DNA from: Candidatus Yanofskybacteria bacterium CG10_big_fil_rev_8_21_14_0_10_36_16
Lineage (GTDB): Bacteria; Patescibacteriota; Minisyncoccia; 2-02-FULL-40-12; IGHO2-01-FULL-4-A
NCBI GenBank assembly: GCA_002794035.1
Contig: PCXQ01000005.1
Span: 16,909 to 80,908, forward strand
DNA: 64,000 nt
Direction of reading: 5' to 3'
The translations under genes and the position numbers were made by a program. How positions within the stretch are numbered: position 1 is the first letter of the stretch; the number at the start of each line of letters is the position of its first letter. The notes under the pieces were generated by a model. The model ran no database searches. It was not told the origin of the DNA and was given only the letters and a program-made list of their open reading frames with translations. This document shows, piece after piece, positions 30,701 through 38,108 of this stretch.

Positions 30701-31310
30701 TTACTGTCATTGAGCCAGGTGTAACAACTGTACCACCGTCCCTTGAATAGTCAGGAACATCATTTACAGAACTGTAAGGAGTTCCGAAGCTGGTACCATT
30801 GTTTGTGTACCAGTTGAATTCGTTATTGTTTATACAGAATACCTTCTTAAAGAAGTTTGCGTCCTGCGAAACAGCTTGGGCACCAGTTACATTCACGTGG
30901 TGAAGTTTACCTGTGTCTTCGCCTGTTGTCTCAACGCCATATACTTCCTCAGCGCCTGATTCACAATTTCTGAACAAGCCTGAGGTTAGAAAAGCGTCTC
31001 GAGTTGCAGAACTTACGCTTTTAACGGATGAAAAACCTCCAAGGTGTCCGTAAAAGCCAAATATTACCGGATTCAAGAATAATCTCTTGTATCCTTGTTC
31101 GTTAACGATATATACATCTGGGTCTGATGATCCAGTGGCACTAATTGTGTCACCTTCTGTCAAACCGAAGTCGCCGGGCACTGCAGCGTGTACACCTACT
31201 GGTGCAAGAAACACTACACCTGACAACCAGAGCATAGTCGCTAACGCAGTAAATACCGAAACGGCCTTTCTGGCTTGGTTTCGATTTTTTCTGGTTAAAT
31301 GTATACTCAT
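27705..31310 (-). CDS. Giant Ser/Thr/Gly-rich cell-surface protein (S-layer or adhesin-like) with repeated Ig-like modules
   Basis: 1201 aa. Signal peptide with a VHA-A cleavage site. Low-complexity T/S/G/A/V-rich repeats. Its base composition is noticeably more GC-rich than the neighbours, driven by amino-acid bias. Confidence 0.6.
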   Translation of the reverse strand: MSIHLTRKNRNQARKAVSVFTALATMLWLSGVVFLAPVGVHAAVPGDFGLTEGDTISATGSSDPDVYIVNEQGYKRLFLNPVIFGFYGHLGGFSSVKSVSSATRDAFLTSGLFRNCESGAEEVYGVETTGEDTGKLHHVNVTGAQAVSQDANFFKKVFCINNNEFNWYTNNGTSFGTPYSSVNDVPDYSRDGGTVVTPGSMTVSLAPDNPPATTITLNAYGETVMSVRFSGTGTIDSLSFKRQGPGATGDFDNLYVYDGAERLTGGRTPSSADGTLTFVNLNLDVNGTKDIDLVADHSGTAGNVNYWVLESVTLESGNISGFPVQSNNFTFAGSNSGTINVDKTGSVANPKVGQKMAHLSTFKITANTESAHLKRVSLLNGGTVKDADITNLYLEVNGDKVANGWMNGDGDAVFEFSGSGYSIAKGDNKIFKVYGDLSGKKDETIKFYVEQASDVLAVGDQFGFGMAPTVDANFDDSTNTHSLTLQGGVLTLTFNGPNATNVGTDTQDTVLAQYSMSAASDIEVKKLRLVLCQADAGTTYADASDTTNGWADLDDIKVIDEDTGQVIVGPADGSAFTASEATGCPNGATGAAKTFTDTFDLSAGTTRNFKVTGDINIANTRAGQDLVATDTIKVVLDGYGESDLVGTAGDIAVMKYAGTNTAVDDSDIVPNTDLAGNNMTLQASSLTLGLSASPVSTTYVRGTQNVDALGITFAASLASGLEVTDITLSAYVADSGSTTALGVGASPDTSLSVGGLVSAVELWDATSGTLISNSPSANNLNTSTGTIVFNNLGWDLAAGETRTLLVRTDLSSNSTSGASDVFNFDIAATTDVTAIDDSGSSVNAANSAVNGTTSPTVLNTVSSAGTLAVTAAPDMPITGAKYWGQTDAEFARYRFRSTNEAFYIERLNINSGDTTANLTANVDKVKIRYTNEAGDTLTSVGTLNTAGSVSFAFTGSNRPYVPKDSSIDIKVLADLKTKAQGATSEVSFSLDFSGGATDEFRALGVGSGTLVEGNDTTGDDTDSVTGNDHYIYRVYPEFVQDTLAASEPLGTKDVLKFTIKAHGLSDSKLYFDDPASVTLKFDTVASGGASSNMTANLYDVGTGELLASATITAGQANGASISFTNWEKDVEITGGSQKSFRVEVGFTNFLDTSDYFQVVLRDEAGVIKYVDGARTGEDQEVTNVANVFKLLPMNGPIFSKQ

Positions 31311-31786
31311 AGTTTTAAGTTTAAATTTTTTCTTATTATCTCCTGACCTGAAGAATTGTTTTAAATAATTCTTTCTCCGGTTAAGGCGGCCTTGCTTGCC
31401 GGGTAAACCCGACCCGCTGCTTTAAACCAGCACTGGTCCGAAGGCAAAAAGAAACTTAATTACCTTTTTTTTGATTTGTAATTCTTTCTGCGAATTAATC
31501 TCTCTCACTTCATTTGGGCTCACTTACCTGTCGGCATCTAAACCCTGCGTAAAACTTTTTGATTTCGACTCATACTATTTTACGCATAGGAGTTAATCGA
31601 CCGCCAAGGGATCATGAACCTAAAAAATAAAATTAAAATGAAATTAACTTTATCCATCGATTGCAACATTCTTGGAAATTTAATTTTCAAAGTCCTTTCT
31701 TTACAATCCCGCGCAAATGATCAAGGGTTCTAATCACTCACGCGGTTCTGTAAAAAATTTTTGAAGACCAGGGTACTTAGATACGC

Positions 31787-31821
31787 AAAAAAGCCAAAAA
31801 GATTATCCTAGCTTTTTTGGC
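31787..31821 (-). terminator. Minus-strand intrinsic terminator inside the gene-free region
   Basis: On the minus strand, a GCCAAAAAAG-cuaggauaau-CUUUUUGGC hairpin followed by UUUUUU. Confidence 0.4.
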
Positions 31822-31978
31822 AAAATTTTCCTCTTTTTCATGGATATAATTGATATATTCCTTACTTAATAATGATAGCAGATTTAACTGCTTAAGTCAA
31901 TGATTAATTGTATACTTATAGGTGACTAACCTATTACTTAGATTTTATCAAAGTAAAAGCAATATATACAAGCAAAAA

Positions 31979-31987
31979 TGTGGATAA
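31979..31987 (-). promoter_or_regulatory. Perfect DnaA box (TTATCCACA on the minus strand)
   Basis: Plus-strand TGTGGATAA. Confidence 0.35.
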
Positions 31988-32167
31988 CAAAAACAATTTA
32001 TAACAACTCAATACAAACAACCTTTTGAGCCTTGCTTTCGTCTTATTCAGCGCTGGTGTTTAATGCCACAAATGTTCTGTTTAATTTGTTTTGTTTTGCT
32101 TACCTTGTTTCTTTTTAACCTTCTTGAATTATTATAATTTCTGGTTAAAAAGCAAACAAGGAATAAT

Positions 32168-32176
32168 TGTGGATAA
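32168..32176 (-). promoter_or_regulatory. Perfect DnaA box (TTATCCACA on the minus strand), about 15-20 nt downstream of a minus-strand extended -10 promoter
   Basis: Plus-strand TGTGGATAA. On the minus strand, TGaTATAAT lies at 32197-32205. Confidence 0.35.
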
Positions 32177-32306
32177 AAAAAACAGCTAAACACGCCATTA
32201 TATCAATAGACGTATTTTAGACATTAATATTACAAAACTCTGCCCCAAAACTGGCGAACCGCTCTAAGAGCCTTACGCCAGCCGAAGGCAGTGTTTTTTC
32301 ATGCCT

Positions 32307-32375
32307 GAAAATATATACATATATATGTATAGACACAAACCATACATACCATACATAAATATCCGAAAATTAAAT
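32307..32375. repeat. Extreme AT tract with alternating (AT)n and a tandem CCATACATA repeat
   Basis: ATATATACATATATATGTATAG followed by CCATACATACCATACATAAATATCC, immediately after the stop codon of the 1128-aa gene. Confidence 0.5.
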
Positions 32376-35300
32376 CTATTCACTAATCTCAAACAGCTTA
32401 CCGTCTATACTTACATACACAACACTGTCTCCAATTGCAAGATGTCCAGACACACTGCTTCCCAAATCAAGCGACCACCTTGTGTTGCCCTCGCTGTCTA
32501 GAGATTCTACTACCCCATCCTTTGTTGTGAAAAATATATTTCCATACAAATCAGTTTCTATTTTATTTAACACCTCACCAGATAATTCTGCCTCCCAATT
32601 CGTATCCAAAAATATTTTACCATCCTCGTTACCCTTTTCAATTGAACAGATTGCTGCTTTTCTGTTTACGTCAAAAACATTAAACATTCCTATCAACAAA
32701 GAATCTTCTCTAACTTTTGTTGGCACCGTAGCAATAACTCCTTCATTGCATGACGTCATATATTCTGACATTTCATTTGTTAAAACTTTTATTCTTATAA
32801 TTCTTGTTGAACGAGTAGAGGCATACAGCATATTTTCTTCTTTGTCATATGTCAAATTTATAGCCTTATATAGGGAAGCAATTTTAACCCTATCAGACCA
32901 CAATAATTCACCAGTATCGCCATTAAACCTATAAAAGCCAGGCAATCCATTCATATCAGCAGAAACAAACACATCTCCACCATCCACAGGAGCAGGATTA
33001 AACCCGCCAAAACGACTCCCATCAGTTGAAATCCACAAGGTATCGCCATTTGGACTTAGTTTAACCATTTTATCTAATGAAACTATTGTAAAAAACACAT
33101 TGCCATCATCATCCAACGCTAAATCGCTTGTTTTTCCGCCAATATCTGAATCCCAAATCTTATTGCCATTAACATCCAGTTTCGTTATTGGCCCGCCTGC
33201 AGGATGCCTAAACATTACAGAACCATCATCTAAAACAATAAGATTTGCTGTTCTACCATAAGTACTCTTATATCGCCATTTTTCCACACCATCACCATTA
33301 ATAGCAACGACACCATAAGACGAATCACTAAATCGCACTGAAACAATTATTCCATCAGGCAAAACCGCTGGCTCAAAAAACAAAGCAATGCCTATAATCT
33401 TTGAGCTCAAATCATTATAAACAACACCGTCGGAAAGCATTTCAGGCTCATTTAAGCCACCTTCGAAATCACCTCCAATCCCCAACAAAGAACCCAAAGA
33501 CGCAAGCATAAAATCAGCACTTCCCCTAGATATCACTTTACTATTTACTCTTTTGGGGGTGCCTTTTATTTCACCGCCATCTGAGTCTTCCCCGTTAAAT
33601 GATAAACCTGTAAAATTTTTCCAATTTGAGTAATCTTTTCCACTAACTAACGGGTCAATTCTCTCCATTGAAACCCTGTCGCCTGAGTTACCCGAATACC
33701 ACATCTTATCTTTCTCTCCTACCATATCTGCCACAACCCCAAAATCATTATACAAAGCAATGACTTCGCCATTATTATTCAATCCGCCATGTCCGAAACT
33801 AACAGCCAAATCGGCATCAATATTGCTCACAACATCATCATTGAAACGCTCGATCAAAAAGTACTTCCCAGCACCTATGATTGTACCTTCAGGAAATTCT
33901 ATGGCAGGGGACAGATCATCTGACTCCAATCTCCAACCAGACAAATCAACATCTTCACCCTCGGCATTGTAAAGCTCTATCCACTCATCATAAGGAGAAG
34001 CACCAGTGCCCGCCCAAGCAATCTCATTGATAACAACACGCTTGGCGGGGACCACCCACATTCCCATTCTGTCTATTTTTGCATCATCTTCTGAATCTTT
34101 AAATAACCGAGCACATGCCGTATTGGGCTTAACTGGAGTGGCACTAGCCCAGCCATTTTTTATCATATCAAGATTCACAAACTTATTATTAACAAAAACA
34201 TAACCCAACATTCTTCCAAAATTATCTGTATCATCCAATCCCGCTTCAATTAACACCTCATTACCCATTATCATTTCAGATAAAGCTTTTTTGGCATCCT
34301 CATAATAATCATCATTCTTTTCTGGTGAATCAACACCAATTAATCTAATAAACCTTCCCGAATGAATTTGAAAGGTATCGCCATCTTGAACTGCAACGAC
34401 TTCTCCATTGATAAAACTCCTATTTTCCAATTCATCATCACAGTAATTACTCGGCACAGAATCATCATTTTGCAATATTATATCATCATTTAATAATGGT
34501 GATGGACTAGGTGATGATATTGCATCATCATTATTTAATATTGCATCATCATTATCATTATTAGCATCATCTTTTATGTTCTGTTCAATATATACAATAT
34601 TGTCATTATTTAATACTCCACCAATTATTTGAAAATCAATATTTGTGTTATTTTCATTACCAAATCCAAAAAATCCTAAAAATTTATCCCAAAGCCCATC
34701 TTCATCATTTGATTCACCGTATTTTTCAATATATAACTTCTTAGCTTCTTCTCCTTGTTCTAAAAACAATTTCAATGCTCCCGCCCCATTTAAAACAAAT
34801 TCATTAGATAATCTCTCCCAATAACCATCTAAGATTATTGAACCAATATCTGGATCCTCTAAAGTTACTTCGTTAACATCCGTAAAATTTCTTAAAGAAA
34901 AAGTATTAAGTAAAGCCAATTTGTACTCACGTCCATTTTTATCATAATTTATGGCAAAAAGTTTATTTTCATTTTTTATTAAAAAAAATTTTGTTGAATT
35001 CAAATTTGGACTATAATATTTATCTGAAAAAATTGTATCCTCACTAAAAAAATACCCGTTTGAATACTTTGCTATTTCATCAAAATATTTTTCCTGGCTT
35101 GATAACAAAATTGGATTCTCGCCTTCATTAAATAAATTTTCAGAAATATTCCAAATATTTATTTTCCACTTATCTGTTTCTTTCTCATAAGGACTGCTTG
35201 TTGCATGATGCCATGGCAAATGAGTATCTCCGCGAGTATGTTCTGGAACTGCTGAATCTTCAAGCAAATGCAAAAGATGACCCATACCAATCATGGCTCT

Positions 35301-35762
35301 TTTCCTATCACCTCTAGCATAATCCCAAATCGCCCTCTCATATGACCAATCCGCATATGACGTTGAATCAATAAAACTTGTCGGCAGTTTATACTGAGCT
35401 AATGCTAAATTAGTTGTTGCTTGTCTTACTTCAGAGTAAAGGCCCCACTCCTTTGAAGTGGTATAACCAAGCCATCCTTCATTATAAACAGGGTCATAGA
35501 AATGATTAACTGAAAGAGGCGCATCGTCTTCTCTTATGGCACCCTCTATGAGGTTTTTCTTGTCGTCATCCGTTAATTTATTTTCTGAAAAACTTAAATT
35601 ATAAAAATCAATCGCTGCATTTGTTAATGCGGGATGAGTATTATATTGGCTATATGAAAAAACAGGCAACATGCTTACCCAAAAATAAAACAGGGTTACC
35701 CCCATAATTACAGAAGTTTTTACTAAATTTTTATGATTAACAATAGGTAAAAAATAATTCAA
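32376..35762 (-). CDS. Secreted multidomain nuclease with Zn-dependent phospholipase-C/P1-nuclease-like, staphylococcal-nuclease, lamin-tail and beta-propeller domains
   Basis: Signal/TM N-terminus. NHFYDPVYNEGW and GHLLHLLEDSAVPEHTRGDTHLPWHH match Zn-PLC/S1-P1 His motifs. GEVVAVQDGDTFQIHSGRFIRLIGVDSPE...FGRMLGYVF is an SNase fold. RVVINEIAWAG...DEWIELYN...VDLSGWRL is an LTD. C-terminal WxxxxDG repeats form a PQQ-like propeller. Confidence 0.7.
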   Translation of the reverse strand: MNYFLPIVNHKNLVKTSVIMGVTLFYFWVSMLPVFSYSQYNTHPALTNAAIDFYNLSFSENKLTDDDKKNLIEGAIREDDAPLSVNHFYDPVYNEGWLGYTTSKEWGLYSEVRQATTNLALAQYKLPTSFIDSTSYADWSYERAIWDYARGDRKRAMIGMGHLLHLLEDSAVPEHTRGDTHLPWHHATSSPYEKETDKWKINIWNISENLFNEGENPILLSSQEKYFDEIAKYSNGYFFSEDTIFSDKYYSPNLNSTKFFLIKNENKLFAINYDKNGREYKLALLNTFSLRNFTDVNEVTLEDPDIGSIILDGYWERLSNEFVLNGAGALKLFLEQGEEAKKLYIEKYGESNDEDGLWDKFLGFFGFGNENNTNIDFQIIGGVLNNDNIVYIEQNIKDDANNDNDDAILNNDDAISSPSPSPLLNDDIILQNDDSVPSNYCDDELENRSFINGEVVAVQDGDTFQIHSGRFIRLIGVDSPEKNDDYYEDAKKALSEMIMGNEVLIEAGLDDTDNFGRMLGYVFVNNKFVNLDMIKNGWASATPVKPNTACARLFKDSEDDAKIDRMGMWVVPAKRVVINEIAWAGTGASPYDEWIELYNAEGEDVDLSGWRLESDDLSPAIEFPEGTIIGAGKYFLIERFNDDVVSNIDADLAVSFGHGGLNNNGEVIALYNDFGVVADMVGEKDKMWYSGNSGDRVSMERIDPLVSGKDYSNWKNFTGLSFNGEDSDGGEIKGTPKRVNSKVISRGSADFMLASLGSLLGIGGDFEGGLNEPEMLSDGVVYNDLSSKIIGIALFFEPAVLPDGIIVSVRFSDSSYGVVAINGDGVEKWRYKSTYGRTANLIVLDDGSVMFRHPAGGPITKLDVNGNKIWDSDIGGKTSDLALDDDGNVFFTIVSLDKMVKLSPNGDTLWISTDGSRFGGFNPAPVDGGDVFVSADMNGLPGFYRFNGDTGELLWSDRVKIASLYKAINLTYDKEENMLYASTRSTRIIRIKVLTNEMSEYMTSCNEGVIATVPTKVREDSLLIGMFNVFDVNRKAAICSIEKGNEDGKIFLDTNWEAELSGEVLNKIETDLYGNIFFTTKDGVVESLDSEGNTRWSLDLGSSVSGHLAIGDSVVYVSIDGKLFEISE

Positions 35763-35791
35763 AAATCACTGTCCCCTCCAAACATTTTTGT

Positions 35792-36367
35792 TTATAAAAC
35801 TCTAATTTTCCAAACTCCACTTGGATAACTTACAAATTCTGCGTTATTTGAATATTCTCCTGCTGGTATCTTAATTTTTTGACCATTCAAAATAGTGCTG
35901 GTATCATCTTTAACTATATTAATATATCGAAAATAAACAACATCTTCACTTTTATTTTTTGTCCAAGTTTTTCTTATTCTTTCCCACTCAATACTGAAAT
36001 CAGTTAACAAGCCTCTGGCTTTATAATCATTCAATCTTTCTTTCCATTGATCCTGCTTTTCTAATACAAAATATTTACTGGCAAGTTCTATATCGCCATT
36101 TTCAAGCGCGGCGATAAAAAGATCCATTGTTTCTTCGGGTGTTTTTCCTCCATAAGTATCTGCTTTAAGCATGTTCTCATAGTCATCTTGCAATTTTTGT
36201 TCAGCTTTTAATGCGCGTTGACGGGTAGCATATTCTGAACCTTGATAGCCAACCCAAATTATGCCGATAGATATTATGACCAAAACGAAAACAACTACCC
36301 ATCGTTTAAACCAACTTTTATTCTGTCTGTTTTTATTGTTATTCAATTGATTAAAGCTGTTTTTCAT
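35792..36367 (-). CDS. Membrane-anchored hypothetical protein
   Basis: 191 aa with an N-terminal TM segment. Confidence 0.45.
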   Translation of the reverse strand: MKNSFNQLNNNKNRQNKSWFKRWVVVFVLVIISIGIIWVGYQGSEYATRQRALKAEQKLQDDYENMLKADTYGGKTPEETMDLFIAALENGDIELASKYFVLEKQDQWKERLNDYKARGLLTDFSIEWERIRKTWTKNKSEDVVYFRYINIVKDDTSTILNGQKIKIPAGEYSNNAEFVSYPSGVWKIRVL

Positions 36368-36413
36368 ACTCTAATTCTACCACGAACGTATATTATTTAC
36401 ATATTTCCGTCAA

Positions 36414-36483
36414 CCCCGCTCTTGAAATGAGTTGCGGTATCTGTACCTCATTTTATAAGACTTGTTTAATTTCAAGGGCGGGG
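36414..36483. repeat. Long imperfect hairpin built from the dispersed motif CCCCGC(T/C)CTTGAAAT
   Basis: CCCCGCTCTTGAAAT (36414-36428) and ATTTCAAGGGCGGGG (36469-36483) form 14 of 15 bp around a 40-nt loop. GTCAACCCC is directly repeated at both ends. The same motif recurs at about 12375 (minus strand) and about 40283. Confidence 0.5.
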
Positions 36484-36522
36484 TCAACCCCCTAAAACCC
36501 TATTTAAACTTATCCTCACATT

Positions 36523-36560
36523 AATTCGTAATTATGTGCGACCGCACATAATTACGAATT
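36523..36560. repeat. Perfect 18-bp-arm palindrome AATTCGTAATTATGTGCG-ac-CGCACATAATTACGAATT followed by TTTTATTTT
   Basis: Exact inverted repeat with a 2-bp centre. As RNA it would be a terminator-like hairpin with a U-tract. As DNA it could be an operator or a cruciform. It lies upstream of the tandem small-protein genes. Confidence 0.6.
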
Positions 36561-36671
36561 TTATTTTAATATTAAATTTATTATCATAATTATGTTCTTT
36601 AATTACTTGACTGGGCAAATTTTTAGTGTTAATATTTTTCTGGTAATTTTCCATTTTAAAAAGAGGAAGAA

Positions 36672-36995
36672 ATGTCCTGCTGGAAAGAATCACCGATAAA
36701 GCACTGGTATGAAACAGAGCAAGGTGAAAAACTTGCCCGATTATTATTTCAAGATGCTGGATTACCAGAGGTTCCCAAAGTTGCAAAAGTAGAGCTTGAG
36801 CAAGCCACTTATACAAATCAACAAATTCTGGAGATGACCGGCAGTCTTACCACTCTGATGCGATTGCTAAGAATGCTACCACAAGGTGGAAGTGTTGAGA
36901 TAAGAAGAATGGCACTAAGTACTCTGGTTAATGAGGAACAAAAAGAAAGGTCGAGAACAGAAACAACGTCCCGTCGCATGTACTTTGGTTCATAA
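36672..36995 (+). CDS. Small protein, paralogue A of a tandem pair (unknown family, possible HTH)
   Basis: 107 aa with SD AGAGGAAGAA. Shares HWxET..G, LPEV, TYTN(Q/K)QI and LM.LL..LP with the next ORF. Confidence 0.5.
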   Translation: MSCWKESPIKHWYETEQGEKLARLLFQDAGLPEVPKVAKVELEQATYTNQQILEMTGSLTTLMRLLRMLPQGGSVEIRRMALSTLVNEEQKERSRTETTSRRMYFGS

Positions 36996-37022
36996 TTCAT
37001 AAGATACCCAAAGGAGGAGAAA

Positions 37023-37271
37023 ATGACTCACTGGTCTGAGACGAAAAAGGGCAGACTTCTTGGCATGACAGCGTTTGCAATTGTTGACTTGCCGGAAGTT
37101 AAAGAAGAAAATCTTGAGAAGGGCACTTACACAAACAAACAAATTGCCAGGATGTGTGAAACCCCTCAAAAATTAATGACCTTATTAAAAGGGTTACCCA
37201 CAACGGCAACCCATAAAAAATTGAGGATTATTATAAGCTCCAGAATTAAAGAAATGCAGGAACAATATTAA
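37023..37271 (+). CDS. Small protein, paralogue B of the tandem pair
   Basis: 82 aa with SD AAAGGAGGAG. Same motifs as paralogue A. Confidence 0.5.
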   Translation: MTHWSETKKGRLLGMTAFAIVDLPEVKEENLEKGTYTNKQIARMCETPQKLMTLLKGLPTTATHKKLRIIISSRIKEMQEQY

Positions 37272-37284
37272 ACCAGTTAACAAA

Positions 37285-37309
37285 CCCCGCCACCGCGGGG
37301 TCTTTTTTT
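37285..37309 (+). terminator. Intrinsic terminator after the paralogue pair
   Basis: CCCCGC-cacc-GCGGGG followed by T8. It overlaps the stop of the convergent minus-strand gene. Confidence 0.7.
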
Positions 37310-38108
37310 ATTTTAATCTGTAATATACTTTTTTGCCTTCGGCTTTTCTTGATACTAAATCGTCATCAATCAACTCTTTCATATTGCGTTTGATATTTCT
37401 TTTGCTGATATTACTGAACTTATCAAATAATTCTTTGTTTAAAACTGATTTGCCTTGTCTTTCCATATGTTTCAAAATTTCCCTTTTGGTATCATTTAGT
37501 TTTATTTTATTTTGGGGGGACTGGGTCACGGGTTTTTTAACGTTTAATTCTCCCCCGTTTTTTGAATTTTTTTTCTGAAGTTCTAAATCTTTAAAATTTG
37601 TTTTTGAAAAATCGTAAATTGATGATTCAAATCGTAACAAATTTCGATAGGCGAGCAGGGTGTTAACTTTATCAAAATTATTTGTTTTTAATATAAGTAA
37701 AATATTTATCAAGTTTTTAATTTGATAAATTAAAGCAATTTGACATTGTACGACGTGATTCATACGTCTTACAATGTCAGAGGATTTTGTGCCATCTTGG
37801 TGGCGCAACAATCCTGTTTGTGCGTCATAATTAACATGTTGCACAATCTCGTTAGGTTCTACGACATTTTTAAATGTTGCAGAACCTGTTTGTGCAACGT
37901 AACTCATGTGTTGCGCAATGTCGAAGAGTTTTAAATCACTTTCTAATTCTAGAAACTTAAGCCCCATATCTTTCGCCTCTTTTAGTAACATCTCTACGCC
38001 TTGTGTATCTTTTTCTTTTAACTTTGAGGCAACAAAAACAACGCTGGATAAAGCGTCTAAAAACTCCCCCCTAACCGCCTCTGCTATTTTTTTATTTTTA
38101 TCTATCAC
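37308..38108 (-). CDS. Winged-helix DNA-binding protein with three internal tandem repeats of about 18 aa
   Basis: The C-terminus (KREILKHMERQGKSVLNKELFDKFSNISKRNIKRNMKELIDDDLVSRKAEGKKVYYRL) is wHTH-like. The middle carries the repeats IAQHMSYVAQTG / IVQHVNYDAQTG / IVRRMNHVVQ. The start overlaps the upstream gene by 11 nt. Confidence 0.5.
   Translation of the reverse strand: MIDKNKKIAEAVRGEFLDALSSVVFVASKLKEKDTQGVEMLLKEAKDMGLKFLELESDLKLFDIAQHMSYVAQTGSATFKNVVEPNEIVQHVNYDAQTGLLRHQDGTKSSDIVRRMNHVVQCQIALIYQIKNLINILLILKTNNFDKVNTLLAYRNLLRFESSIYDFSKTNFKDLELQKKNSKNGGELNVKKPVTQSPQNKIKLNDTKREILKHMERQGKSVLNKELFDKFSNISKRNIKRNMKELIDDDLVSRKAEGKKVYYRLK

Noticed and set aside
31087-31368. Track ORFs 31087-31368 (+) and 32301-32501 (+) bordering the 1 kb gene-free region
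   Set aside because: They overlap the 5' end of the surface-protein gene and the 3' end of the nuclease gene respectively, on the opposite strand, and have no plausible products.
36523-36560. The 18-bp-arm palindrome as a simple transcription terminator for an upstream plus-strand gene
   Set aside because: No plus-strand gene or promoter is evident upstream; the neighbouring gene is on the minus strand. The perfect 18-bp symmetry is more consistent with a protein-binding or structural DNA element, so it is reported as a repeat with an open interpretation.
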